From positions 11,792,483 to 11,856,482 of the forward strand of contig NC_069007.1 in NCBI RefSeq assembly GCF_001194135.2: a DNA stretch of 64,000 bases, given 5' to 3'. Each line of letters begins with the position of its first letter. The stretch's first letter is position 1. Source of the stretch: Octopus bimaculoides (taxonomy: Eukaryota). The position numbers and the translations under genes were made by a program. The notes under the pieces were generated by a model that made no database searches, was not told the origin of the DNA, and was given only the letters and a program-made list of their open reading frames with translations. This document shows positions 36,320 to 48,269 of the stretch, piece by piece.

Positions 36320-38097
36320 AAAGAAAAATGCATATATATATATATATATACATGCATGTGTGTGTAAATATATATTTACATATATGTGTGTGTGTGTGTG
36401 TGTGCATATAAGTATATATGTACATACACACACACACACACATATATATACACACAAAATATATAAGTATAAATATATGTGCATATGAGCATGTATTTGT
36501 GTGTGTGTGTGTGTCGTATATACATGCGTGTATATATATATATATATATGTATACACACACACACATACATGCTAATGTGTTTATGTGTATGTATCCGTG
36601 TGTGCGCATGTATGTGTGTGTATACAATCTATTGTAAGTCTGTTGCCATGAATAAGAGTTTCCTAGAATCTTATTTGATAAACTCTCGTTAAAACTCATT
36701 GTCTTAAGTAGCTGACAATGACAATAAATGTGCTTATAGTAGAAAGGATTATCATGGGAAGAATTATCTCCCTTTTGCCTGCTATTTCTAGCAGACTGAA
36801 CAACCACTTAGAGACTGCTCCTTCAATGGTGGTGGTTGGCTATGATAGTAATCTTTTCTACTATAGGCACAAGGCCTGAAATTTTGGGGGAAGTGGGAAG
36901 AGGCTAGTCGATTAGATAGACCCCAGTACTCAACTGGCACTTGATTTATCAACCCCAAAAGGATGAAAGGCAAATTAGACCTCAGGGGCTATAATAATAA
37001 TAATAATTATCTTTGATTGCTACAGTTGTTGTCTTTTCATTGGCATAGTGTAACTCGGATTATGTTGTACCTTGGTGTGTCATTCCCTTTCATTTAAGAC
37101 AGCTGGGAGTTAAGAGAGACTTGGCTGCTACTTCTAGCATAGATAGACAATGTGTTAAGGCTCCCTTGCTGGCTTGTATGTAAATGTTGTTGGTGTTTAG
37201 TGCACCCCCTCCCCCTACCCCCACCTCTTTTACTCTCTGAGGGGGGACAGACCTATGTTCATCATTGCTGTTCTCAGTGTCGCAGTAACGTATGATGTTG
37301 TTCTGGATGTCTGCACTCTGCTTTCAAATCCCACGAAGGTCAACTTTGCTTTACAGCCTTTCAGGGTCAGTAAGTAAAGTACCTGTCATATACTGGGACC
37401 GTTAATCGTAATCAATTTCACACACACACTGTCTCTCTTTCTCACTAAATCTTTTCCCTCTCTTTCTTTCTATCCTTCACTGTCTCTCATTCACTCTCTC
37501 TATCTCTTTCTCTCTCTCTCTCTTTCTTACTCCCTCTTTCCCTCATTTTCTCTTTCTCTCTCTCCCTCTCTCTCTTGCTCACACTTTTCCTCTCACTATC
37601 TCTCACTCTCTTACTATCTCTTTCCCTCACTCTCTCTTTCTCACCCAGTGTTTTCCCTCTCTCTTTCTTTCTCTCTCTGCACATGTAGTGTCTGCGCCAT
37701 AGCCACATGGTCTCCCTGCATGTCTTCTACAACAACCATGAAGTGATCTTTGCTTTGTCAGTGAAATTAGCAGAAAGAAAATTGTGTCTGTACATGCGTG
37801 CGTGTGTGTCTGTGCGTGTGTGTGTGTTTGTGTACATGCACATTGGCTCACATGCATGTGTAGAAGCATTNNNNNNNNNNNNNNNNNNNNNNNNNNNNNN
37901 NNNNNNNNNNNNNNNNNNNNNNNNNNNNNNNNNNNNNNNNNNNNNNNNNNNNNNNNNNNNNNNNNNNNNNGATGATGATGATGATGATGATCATGATATA
38001 GATAGATAGATAAATATAGGTAGGTAGCTAGGTAGAGATAGATAGATTGATAGATTAATAGATAGATATAGATAGACATAGATAGATAAATAGAAAA

Positions 38098-38134
<37 letters not shown>

Positions 38135-38211
38135 TTAATAAATAGATAGATATATAGATGGATAGATAGACAGATAGATGGATGGATGGATAGACAGACA
38201 GACAGGCACAT

Positions 38212-39035
38212 ATCATTGGAGCTGGTGACTTCTGTGATTATGTTTGAGCGGCACTCCCATGGATTCCATGGTATGCGTGGATGCTAAGGTTTTGGCTCTA
38301 GGAATTAGTAAAGAAAACTGCTGGAGTTCTATGATGGAAATGATCTGAATATCTGCATCACTATCTTCAGGAAACCAGCCAACCACCTGCTTTATCACCT
38401 ATTAGTCTAGTGGCCAAATAAACCAGATTAATGACGTCCTCACCAGACAACGAGGTAGGTGCTTGCAAATACAAAGTATTTCCCAAGAGTGGAAAAACCA
38501 ACAAAGGTTATTTGTCAGTGACTTCAAAATTAGAACTAGAAGGAAACATAACCTGGGAAAGGAGGTTATGGAAGTGCAAAGACCCAGCAAACTGACAGAA
38601 ATTTAGTGACAGTCAATTGGAAGCTTCTAGTGAGTAGGAGGAGGCGGGGAAGACATAGCTTAGAGGACAATTGGAAGTTCTTGCAGGATAACCTACTGAG
38701 CACTACAGACCAGATCTGTAGCTGGTGCACAGTCCTGACCAGGTCATGATGGTTGACATAGGGGTGGAACAAGAAGGTGGACAGTACTATAAAATTAGAG
38801 ACAGGCTTGGAAAGACTGGAAAAATGGTGGTAGCAGAGAATCATGTCAGATAGCCAGAAGGGAAGCTAGGCAACGAGTTTACATAGCAAAAGGGGAAGCA
38901 GGAAGTAAGAGATTTACCAAAGTTTTGGCAGCATGAGGTGTTCCAGATTGCAGAGCTGTGTATCAGAGAGAATAGAGATGTGGGTGAGACATCTGTGTGA
39001 ATGGATAACAGTATGCTTGCATTTCGTGATGCAGA
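38212..39035 (+). mobile_element. RTE-clade LINE ORF2 fragment (APE endonuclease C-terminus and linker), decayed
   Basis: Frameshifted IIGAGDF..LLEFYDGNDLNIC.T.FRKPANHL..RL.VSDFKI..WKCKDP..EDNWKFLQDNLL..AWKDWK.GGSRE..ARREAR..ENRDV. Confidence 0.75.
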
Positions 39036-39675
39036 GAAGAAAGTTAATGATGATGATGGCGGTGGTGGCATCTGCTGTGGTGATGATGATGATGTGCTTG
39101 TGCTACATAAAAATCACTAAGTCCACTCTGCGGAGTGGTTGGTGTTAGGAAGGGCATCTAGCTGTAAAAATCCTGCCAAAACAGTCAGAAGCCTGGTGCA
39201 GGCTTCAGCTTGGCTGGCTCTTGTGGTATCATCCCACCCATGCTAGTATGGGTTCAGATTTGGTTGTATCACATAAGACTCGTTTGGATACAGACCTAGC
39301 CAGAAAGTCATTCAGACAAAGAAAACTCCTTTAAGGGCCCAGCTAAACCCTCTGTACATTAACCAAAACATTTACCTATTTCCCATTTGGTTCCCCAACA
39401 CAAATTAAGGACCAATGTCTTTGATGTAAAAGCTAAACACTTACGCATTTACAGACAACTAAATGACCAGTTCCACACTTTAAACAATCAATAAGAAACT
39501 ATGAATTAAGAAAATTATTTATTTTTAGGTTAAAAGTAGAAATTTTTCTCTCAAGAAATTCGGCAATCAAGAGACCTTGTACTTCACCAATTTACCAATA
39601 TTTTATGTATTTTTTTTTGTTATTGTTTTATTTCATTTTTATTTTATTTAATTCATATTTTTCTTCTATTTTCAG

Positions 39676-39760
39676 GTAAGAATTTACAATATTTCACATT
39701 AAGCAAAACCAAAATTTTTGAATCTTGACATAATATTATTTGGTATACATTATTAATCAG
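39676..39760 (+). promoter_or_regulatory. Candidate recursive splice site (TTTCAG|GTAAGA) with 85-nt RS-exon and downstream donor (CAG|GTAAGT)
   Basis: About 100 nt AG-free T-rich tract ending TTTTCTTCTATTTTCAG at 39675, immediately followed by GTAAGA; second donor GTAAGT at 39761; stops in all three frames. Confidence 0.6.
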
Positions 39761-39879
39761 GTAAGTTTTATTTATTTATTTATTCATTCTTTTATCTATT
39801 TATTTATTATTGTCGTTTCACTTCTCAGAGTTCTTGATTTCACTTGCTATGGCTAATTCTATAAGAGCAGACAACCTGT

Positions 39880-40490
39880 TGTCAAGGGCTTCACAAGGTT
39901 GCCTTCACCCACGACACTTTAAATCCAAGTGTTAATTTCAAAATTCTCACTGCCCCTAATAAAGCAATTTTCTGAGCATGTTCTACCCTCATGTTAATCC
40001 CAATTTCCTCCAGTCTCCCTACAACTACAGATATGACATTTACTTTCCTCTTTACCCTCTCTTGTGCAATTTCATCTTTTAGTGGCTTCTACCCCTCAAC
40101 CTTTTCCAATTCTTTACCATCCACTCGTACATCCCCAGACCTATGACAATACCTATGATCTTGCTTTCCTTCCTCATTTTATCAACGACAACAACAACGT
40201 CAGGTCTCTGAGCATCAATCACTGAATCACACTGGATTGTAAAACCTTACAAGATCTTAGACTCATTATTCTCAGTGACACATTCTGGTTCATGCTCGTA
40301 CCATTTCAATATCTTTTCAAACCCATATTCCTTTTGTATTCTTTTTGAACCAGTTTGTTACATTCACTCACAATATGTGGAACTGTTTCATTTCTTTATG
40401 CCGCACATTCTACAAAAGAGCAATTCACTTTTCTTATTTACCATCACAGATTGTATTCTGCATTAACAATACAGATTTTGCATCCTATGA
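39880..40490 (-). mobile_element. Dong/R4-type 3' fragment (subfamily 1), decayed
   Basis: CRMCG..ETVPHIVSECNKL.QKEYK..KWYEHEPECVTENNESKIL..IQCDSVIDAQRPDVVVVDK..RVEHAQKIALLG.VRIL. Confidence 0.85.
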
Positions 40491-40505
40491 GACCTCCAAG
40501 ACCTC

Positions 40506-40551
<46 letters not shown>

Positions 40552-40639
40552 TTCATATATACACAACAGATTAGACTGTTGAAAAAGAAAAAATCTAACA
40601 TCAGGCTACAACCAGTAACTTTAGATGTCAAGAACCCTC

Positions 40640-41140
40640 CTCAGTATCCTTATTATTATAATTGTCTTTGCACAGCTTCTAACGCTGGAGATGTACTACA
40701 GTGTCAGCTGTTCACTACCATTGAACTAAGGTAACACCTCTTATTTTTCGAGCACCTTCCGGAGTATTCGAGCGGTTCCAAGAAGTGCTGTTTTCTGCAA
40801 GTGCTCCACCCTTATTGCAGCCCTTATTTGTTCCATGTACTTCTTGAGATTTTTACTCACTGTTCCCAGGGCTCCAGCAATTATTGGTACTACTGCTACT
40901 TTTTTCATCGACCACAACTGCTTAACTTCCCAAGCTAACCTGTCATACCTCTGACTTTTCTTTCTTCCTCATCACATACCTTGTTGTCAGCAGGGCATGG
41001 TATATCTATGATCCAGCATAGTTTGTTTTCTTTCTCAATTAAGACTATGTCCGGCTTCCTATTCTCTATCTCATGGTCGCACTGAATCATAAAATCCCAT
41101 AGGATCTTTGCATTTCTATTTTCGTCAATGTCTTCAGGTT
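40640..41140 (-). mobile_element. Dong/R4-type 3' fragment (subfamily 2)
   Basis: NAKILWDFMIQCDHEIENRKPDIVLIEKENKLCWIIDIPCPADNKV, frameshift, then WEVKQLWSMKKVAVVPIIAGALG..HLQKTALLGTARILRKVL; (TAA)n tail. Confidence 0.9.
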
Positions 41141-41229
41141 TGTGGCCAATTTTTTGCTCTGTCAAGTCCGCTTATGATTATTATTATTACTACTACTAAT
41201 ACTACTACTACTATTATTATTATTATTGA

Positions 41230-41712
41230 GAGAGAGAGCAGTGCATGCCATCAAAGTGACACCGGGGTAAAATATACAAAGTCCAGTATACCCATCATGA
41301 CTATCCGTTTGATAAAGATACACCAGGCACATGCGTCACAACCTTATGTGCACAACATGGTGATCTCATTCCAAGATAAATAGCACATGACCTTGCAGGT
41401 GGGGCCCAGTTAGAATTTTCTTCAGGTCGAGTAACCCTTCTCACTCAAAAGGTCCCTTCATATATTTCCAAAGGTGAATTATCCAAACCCCAAAGAATTC
41501 CTCTCAACAAATGGCTATGATGCCCCCCCCCACTACTTCTGCTCGTAATCAGGGATACATATATCATCAGCCACTAAGGGACATACTCAACTGGCTATGG
41601 TCAAACAACTGACAAACAACACTAGGGTATTGAGCAGAATATTTGTTGTAGCCCATCTTTTATACCAAGACAAAACAAAGTACATGATAACACCTCCAAT
41701 CAATGAAGATCA
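41230..41712. repeat. Non-coding dispersed repeat flanked by (ATT)n on both sides (same family as 1-290)
   Basis: Starts GAGAGAGAGCAGTGCATGCCATCAAAGTGACAC; right part matches 1-250. Confidence 0.85.
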
Positions 41713-41724
41713 TTATTATTATTA

Positions 41725-42210
41725 TTATTGTTCAGTAGTTTTATTTTTATAACGTGCTTTCACTTCACTACCGAGCGCAGCTCTGTGTCCCTTGGGTATG
41801 TGCTGTGGTTTGCTGTGGTGCTCTTATGTTTACTGTATTGAAAGTATTTTGCGTAGGATGTGTGCAGTGCCCACTAGTGCAATTTTCTGTATGTTATATA
41901 TATTTGTAAGTCCTGGTGTTTTTGTTATGTATTTGTCTGAATATTTTTTTATTATACCTAAGGCACCTACTATGATAGGAACTGTTTCTGTTTTTAGATT
42001 CCACATTCGAGTTACCTCTATTTCCAGGTCTTTGTATTTTGAAAGTTTTTCCATTTCTTTTAGAGAAACGTTGTCCTCTGCTGGTATTGATACATCAATT
42101 AGAAAGCATTTTTTTTCTTCATGATCTTTGACAACTATATCTGGTCTATTTGCCTTAATTTCTCTATCTGTGTGTATTGGCATATCCCAGAGTATGGTTG
42201 CTTTATTATT
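41725..42210 (-). mobile_element. Dong/R4-type 3' end (subfamily 3) with uninterrupted REL endonuclease ORF and 3' UTR
   Basis: ATILWDMPIHTDREIKANRPDIVVKDHEEKKCFLIDVSIP..EKLSKYKDLEIEVTRMWNLKTETVPIIVGALG..KIALVGTAHILRKILSIQ*; (TAA)n at both junctions. A family N SINE follows at 42230-42400 (+). Confidence 0.92.
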
Positions 42211-43034
42211 ATTATTATTATTATTTGGCATTTCTTCCAGCTTTATATTCTGAGTTCAAATGTCACTGAGGTTGGCTTTGCCTTTGATCCCTTCAGGGTT
42301 GATAAAACAAGTACCAGATCTGCACTGAGATCAATGTAATTGACCTACCCACTCCCCAGACTTGCTGGCTTTGTGCCAAAATTTGAGAACAATTATTATT
42401 ATTATTATTTGCAATAAATACTGTTTATATTTTAATCCCACCTCCATCAATATATAATTAAATCTTATTAATGTACCCTTCGGCCCTTTGTCCTCTTAGG
42501 CTTCTGTGTTGCTGCCCTCTAACCTTTACGTTAATATAGCTCTGGTCATGACATTCTGGCTTAATTTTATTGATAATGCCAAACTTTGTTTATCATCTTC
42601 AACTTTTATGTCAAACTTATTGATCACATATTGATCATGTATTACTCCAATTGATTGATTGACTTTTGTTTAGGCCAGGTCTCTCTTGATTGATCAAGTT
42701 TATGATGCAGCGGTTTTATTAGTGCTGTCTTGACATGATCATAGCCATTTAGTTGAGAGACAAGTAAAAGAACAAAAATTTATAAAATAAAGGTCTTTAA
42801 AAAATGATATTAATTATTTGACTTGAAGTGAGAAGGAAGAAGCAAGGCCATAACTGTTTCTAGAGACTCTGACCCTTATGGAAGGGGTTACAACCATAAC
42901 TGTGTCCAAAGACTTAGACTTGAGACTGACCTGGCCCTAAATGTTTACAATCAAGTGGGCTCCACTAAGTGCATACCCAGGGGCCAAATAATAGGTCAGA
43001 TCTGGTAGTCCTTAAATTTTGCTGCTCACTTCTA

Positions 43035-44430
43035 CCTTTTTTCTGAATGGTATTTTACAAATGACCATTTGCATGTTTTTCACACAAAAACCAAAAGGAC
43101 AGTCACTGATTTAAAATCATCCCATTTAACAAGTGTCCCTTTGCATATGCAATATTAAATACGTTAAATTTTATATGGAAACTATGGAAGAAAGTAAGGA
43201 CTTATGTAATGAAATTATATTGGACCTTGCTACATCAGTCACCTTTTTCTATTCACTGATAACACAATGTCCTCCTACACATAGACATTTGTGTGGACTA
43301 GTGCCCTCTGTGTTTAGATTGCTAAATAAGCTGAGGACTTCTAGAATGTAATTATATTGGACTTTGCTACATCAGTCACCTTTTTCTGTTCACTGATAAC
43401 ACAATGTCCTCTTACACATAGACATTTGTGTGGACTAGTGCCCTCTGTGTTTAAATTGCTAAATAAGCTGAGGACTTCTAGAATGTAATTATATTGGACT
43501 TTGCTACATCAGTCATNNNNNNNNNNNNNNNNNNNNNNNNNNNNNNNNNNNNNNNNNNNNNNNNNNNNNNNNNNNNNNNNNNNNNNNNNNNNNNNNNNNN
43601 NNNNNNNNNNNNNNNNNNNNNNNNNNNNNNNNNNNNNNNNNNNNNNNNNNNNNNNNNNNNNNNNNNNNNNNNNNNNNNNNNNNNNNNNNNNNNNNNNNNN
43701 NNNNNNNNNNNNNNNNNNNNNNNNNNNNNNNNNNNNNNNNNNNNNNNNNNNNNNNNNNNNNNNNNNNNNNNNNNNNNNNNNNNNNNNNNNNNNNNNNNNN
43801 NNNNNNNNNNNNNNNNNNNNNNNNNNNNNNNNNNNNNNNNNNNNNNNNNNNNNNNNNNNNNNNNNNNNNNNNNNNNNNNNNNNNNNNNNNNNNNNNNNNN
43901 NNNNNNNNNNNNNNNNNNNNNNNNNNNNNNNNNNNNNNNNNNNNNNNNNNNNNNNNNNNNNNNNNNNNNNNNNNNNNNNNNNNNNNNNNNNNNNNNNNNN
44001 NNNNNNNNNNNNNNNNNNNNNNNNNNNNNNNNNNNNNNNNNNNNNNNNNNNNNNNNNNNNNNNNNNNNNNNNCTGTGTTTAGATTGCTAAATAAGCTGAG
44101 GACTTCTAGAATGTAATTATATTGGACTTTGCTACATCAGTCACCTTTTTCTGTTCACTGATAACACAATGTCCTCTTACACATAGACATTTGTGTGGAC
44201 TAGTGCCCTCTGTGTTTAAATTGCTAAATAAGCTGAGGACTTCTAGAATGTAATTATATTGGACTTTGCTACATCAGTCATCTTTTTCTGTTCACTGATA
44301 ACACAATGTCCTCTTACACATAGAGATTTGTGTGGACTAGAAGACTTCTAGAATGCAATTTTATTGGACCTTGCTACTTCATCTGTTAAGTTTCTACTCA
44401 GTGATAACACAATATCTGACTCATATTTTA
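43035..44430. repeat. 137-bp tandem array (about 9 units, partly in gap) within a dispersed element
   Basis: Unit starts at 43341, 43478 (spacing 137), 44106, 44243 (137); last unit shortened by 33 bp. Confidence 0.92.
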
Positions 44431-44869
44431 TTCCTTACAAAAACGTGTTTTAAGTATGAAAATGTGTTTAGAATACATTTTAACTGATTTCTGCATTATG
44501 AAAATATCCCACCTCCCCACATAAACATGCAGCTTCCCCTACCCACTCACCCACCCAACAAAATGATAAACAAGAGTTCTTCAAAAGACAAAGCTAATTT
44601 TAAAAGAAAGAAAATCAAAAATTTATAAAAATTTTCATTTATATTTTTAATTGTCATTAAAATTGGATAATTAAATTTCAAGTTAATTCTTCTATTCCAC
44701 ATTTTTTAATTAACATATTTTAAATTTTTTCACCACATATTTTTCAACCAAGTTTTGTGTCTCCTCACATATGATCCACATTTTTCTTAATCAATGGAAT
44801 ATCATCATTATTATGAGGGTGGCATTACTTTATCTTTGATGTTTTGATTGTTGATGTTCTTCTTATATA

Positions 44870-44929
44870 TGTATATCTATCTGTCTATGTCTCTATCTAT
44901 CTATCTATCTCTCTCTCTCTCTCTCTCTC

Positions 44930-44978
<49 letters not shown>

Positions 44979-45130
44979 TGTACATATATATATATATCTT
45001 ATATATATATATATAAGAGACTTTGTGTGTGTGTGCGCGCATATGTTCCTTATGCATTCCAAAACCGAATTGCCGATTTTGACATATGGGGTATCAAAAG
45101 ATTCAGTACTATTTCCGCTACCAAATAAAC
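44870..45130 (+). mobile_element. Possible Helitron 5'-terminus-type sequence
   Basis: (TC)n(TA)n then TATATAAGAGACTTTGTGTGTG..AAACCGAATTGCCGATTTTGA, a layout recalled from animal Helitron 5' ends; about 1.3 kb upstream of a Rep fragment. Confidence 0.3.
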
Positions 45131-45585
45131 TATATTTTCAGTCACATATTTGCATTACAAAAATTTAACATTGTCATTTTTCTTTTAATCACCTGTCATA
45201 AGCATTTTATATCACCACCACAATGACAATGACGTTACATTTTCTATATGAGTGTGTTCGCATGTTCGTTACCTATGTTAGGCTGATGACTGACAAGTAT
45301 ATGCGTGTGACAGTGTATGTGTCTCTCAGTATACATACATTTTTGTAATGACCGACACAACATAGGGACAGAGATAGGCTTCAGGTGTGCGTTAATGTAT
45401 GTGTGTGTCTTAGTTTATGTATGTAACTTTCTCCCATCCAACAGTGAAACATGCCGATATTGAAAGTTTAGTTGCGGCCTAGACTTTAAACGAACAACAG
45501 TATTGACTTTGAAGTACTACCAACATGAAGATTTAACACCACTCACAATACTTGCAAATATATCTGAAAAAACAATATTCTGGTT

Positions 45586-45689
45586 TTACGGAGATGTACT
45601 TGCATAGCAAGTGAACTGATCTGAGATCGTGTACTGGAACGAAAACAATTGCAGCGTGGAAGGTGTTTATAAGCCATTTAAAATAACAC
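45586..45689. mobile_element. 104-bp insertion flanked by a 14-bp target-site duplication
   Basis: ACAATATTCTGGTT at 45572-45585 and 45690-45703. Confidence 0.75.
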
Positions 45690-46384
45690 ACAATATTCTG
45701 GTTATTATAACAAATTCGGAAAATTGGCAAAGTAGAAAGCCTTAATGGCTCTTTCAATATAATTACAGAAATGTTATTCCACTCCTTCAAACCAGTTTCG
45801 AGATAATGTTTTTTTTAACAGTCCCTGTATTCTTCATCATTGTATCAACATTGCACAACCTTTTTACTGCGTTAGTCACTATTTATTATACAGCCTATAA
45901 TGTTACACAGTTAAAAAATATGTAGTAATGTCAAATTAATTTATATCTTGCTACATACATCCTTCAGCAAATATTTTAAATTAACATAACAACATCTTCC
46001 TTTCTATACACTTGATTCAGCGTTCATTTCAAAATTGTAAAATAAATTATTTTTGTATGAAAAATTGAATTATGCCTCTGGAATTTTCTTGGACTTTCAA
46101 TCATGAATTTTATAACATTTAGTACATGTTCCAAATAAATGTTGACTTTCTGTACTTTATTACATTGGTAACGCATGGTAACTTTTGCTAAATTGGTGAC
46201 TTACCATTTTTTTATAGCATAACTACGCTACAGAAAGTATGTTTTGCACCTATACTGACTACATTTCATTTCACTTGAACTTCGTATGTGTACATTTTTC
46301 CTGTTTTCAATATTATCAATTCTATGAGTGTGTTTCTGCGTTCCCTACATCTATAGTAAACTATAATAAAAAACATTTTATGCA

Positions 46385-46715
46385 ATTTTAATGAGCCCAC
46401 ATCTAATGAAGTAGCCATCTTTATGGTTGGTGGTCCCCATGAAAATCATGATATTCTCATTTGTGTTCGAGATAACAACTTTAAACATGTTTCACAGACT
46501 CATCCCTCTTATCATACTCTCCAGTATACTCTTATTTTGTGGAATGGACAAGATGGGTATCATTTCAATATTCCACAGATTGAACCCGCAACAGGATTGC
46601 CAATTACAAAAAGGTGTTGTCAGATGACTTCTATTCTTACAAACTGATGTTAAGACCAGAACAATCAAATCAATTACACATGTCAAACAGACTTTGTTTT
46701 CATTTACATAATTTC
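46385..46715 (+). mobile_element. Helitron RepHel (Rep region) fragment
   Basis: FNEPTSNEVAIFMVG..HDILI..VSQTHPSYHTLQYTLILWNGQDGYHFNI..(frameshift)..DFYSYKLMLR matches the conserved Helitron FN.PT..EVA / H..YD.LQYP....G..GY / .YY.YRLM segments. Confidence 0.85.
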
Positions 46716-46789
46716 TACATTATTTCAACAACCAGCTACAGTTATTTCATGGTAGTGGTGGCGGTGGTGGTTTCTTCAGGTTTATCATC

Positions 46790-47245
46790 ATCATCATCAT
46801 TTAACGTCCGCTTTCCATGCTAGCATAGGTTAGACGATTTGACTGAGGACTGACAAACCAAATGGCTACGCCAGGCTCCAATCTGATCTGGCAGAGTTTC
46901 TACAGCTGGATGCCCTTCCTCACGCCAACTACTCCGAGAGTGTAGTCGGTGCTTTTACATGCCACCGGCACGAGGGCCAGTCAGGCGGTACTGGCAACGG
47001 TCATGCTCAAATGGTGTATTTTACGTGCCACCTGCACAGGAGCCAGTCCAGCGGTACTGACAACGACCTCGCTCAAATATTTTTTCACGTGCCAGCAAGG
47101 CAATGCTGGTAACGATCACACTCAAATGGTGCTTTTTATGTGCCACTGGCATGGAAGCCAGACAGCTGCTCTGGCAATGATCACGCTCGGACAGTGCTGT
47201 TAGCGCTCCACTGGCACGGGTGCCAGTCATCGAATTTGGTTCTAG
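46790..47245 (-). mobile_element. Family R repeat
   Basis: (CAT)n-TTAACGTCCGCTTTCCATGCTAGC..GGATGCCCTTCCTCACGCCAAC.. with sub-repeats. Confidence 0.85.
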
Positions 47246-47814
47246 CCAATCATCAGAGATGAACTATGATCATCTGTTCTGCTACTTATAAACCAGCTAG
47301 ATTGGGCCTGTTCTGTTTACCATATTATGACTCATAAACATTTTATTGGATAAACTAAGTACATGATAGATATAGATACAATCAATTGAAAGAACCGTTT
47401 TCAGGTTATACCCCGGATGGCCACACACTAATGACTAAAACTAATAATGAAATTAGTTAAACGTAAATTAGCAAAATATCGTCTATAAGTTAGTCTCACT
47501 AGAATTCAATCTTTTAACGGTAAAATATTGTAAACTATAATTTAAATTATATGTCACCCCTCAAACAATTTACTATGGTAATTTTACTAAAACTTCAATC
47601 AAGTTGGTTTTAGAATTCATATATTTTAAAAATTTATTTAAGTTTTTTTTTTATTAATTGCTGTTTACAAATTATTCAAAACAAAAAAACAAAAACTCAC
47701 CAATTTCTTTCATCATTTTTAAAGTTTCTCCTTGTGAGATGAGATTTTATGTAAAATATTGCAAAGCCATAATTTTCAGCTCTTTTATCTTTAACTATTT
47801 TGTTTTAATTGTCA

Positions 47815-48150
47815 TAAGTGCGGCCATCACTGTGTGGTAAGAAGCTTGCTTCACAACCACATGGTTCTGCATTCGGTCCCATTGTGTGGCACCTTGGACA
47901 AGTGTCTTCTACTGCAGTCTTGAGCCAACCAAAGCCTTATGAGTGGATTTGGTAGACGGAAACTGAAAGAAACTTGTCATATATATGTGTGTATATCTGT
48001 GTTTGTCCCCCTACCATTGCTTACCAACCGATATTCGTGTGTTTATGTCCCCCATAACTTAGCGGTTTGGCAAAAGAGACTGATAGAATATGTACCAGGC
48101 TTAAAAAATAAGTACTAGGGTTGATTCATTTGACTAAAAATTCAAGGTGG
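47815..48150 (+). mobile_element. SINE family A
   Basis: TGTGTGGTAAGAAGCTTGC..CACCTTGGACAAGTGTCTT..GTGGATTTGGTAGACGGAAACTGAAAGAA. Confidence 0.85.
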
Positions 48151-48269
48151 TGCATCATGTTTGAAAACAAAATTTTAATTTAAGGTAAACAAATATATTT
48201 ATTAGAAAACCAATGTATCTTTATAGAATTTGGTTTATATATTTATCTAAATACATAGCAAAGGGCAAT

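Noticed and set aside
43205-44420. Regular repeat array as possible CRISPR
   Set aside because: Head-to-tail 137-bp units with no unique spacers, no cas genes, eukaryotic context. The same applies to the 18-, 21-, 27- and 39-bp arrays.
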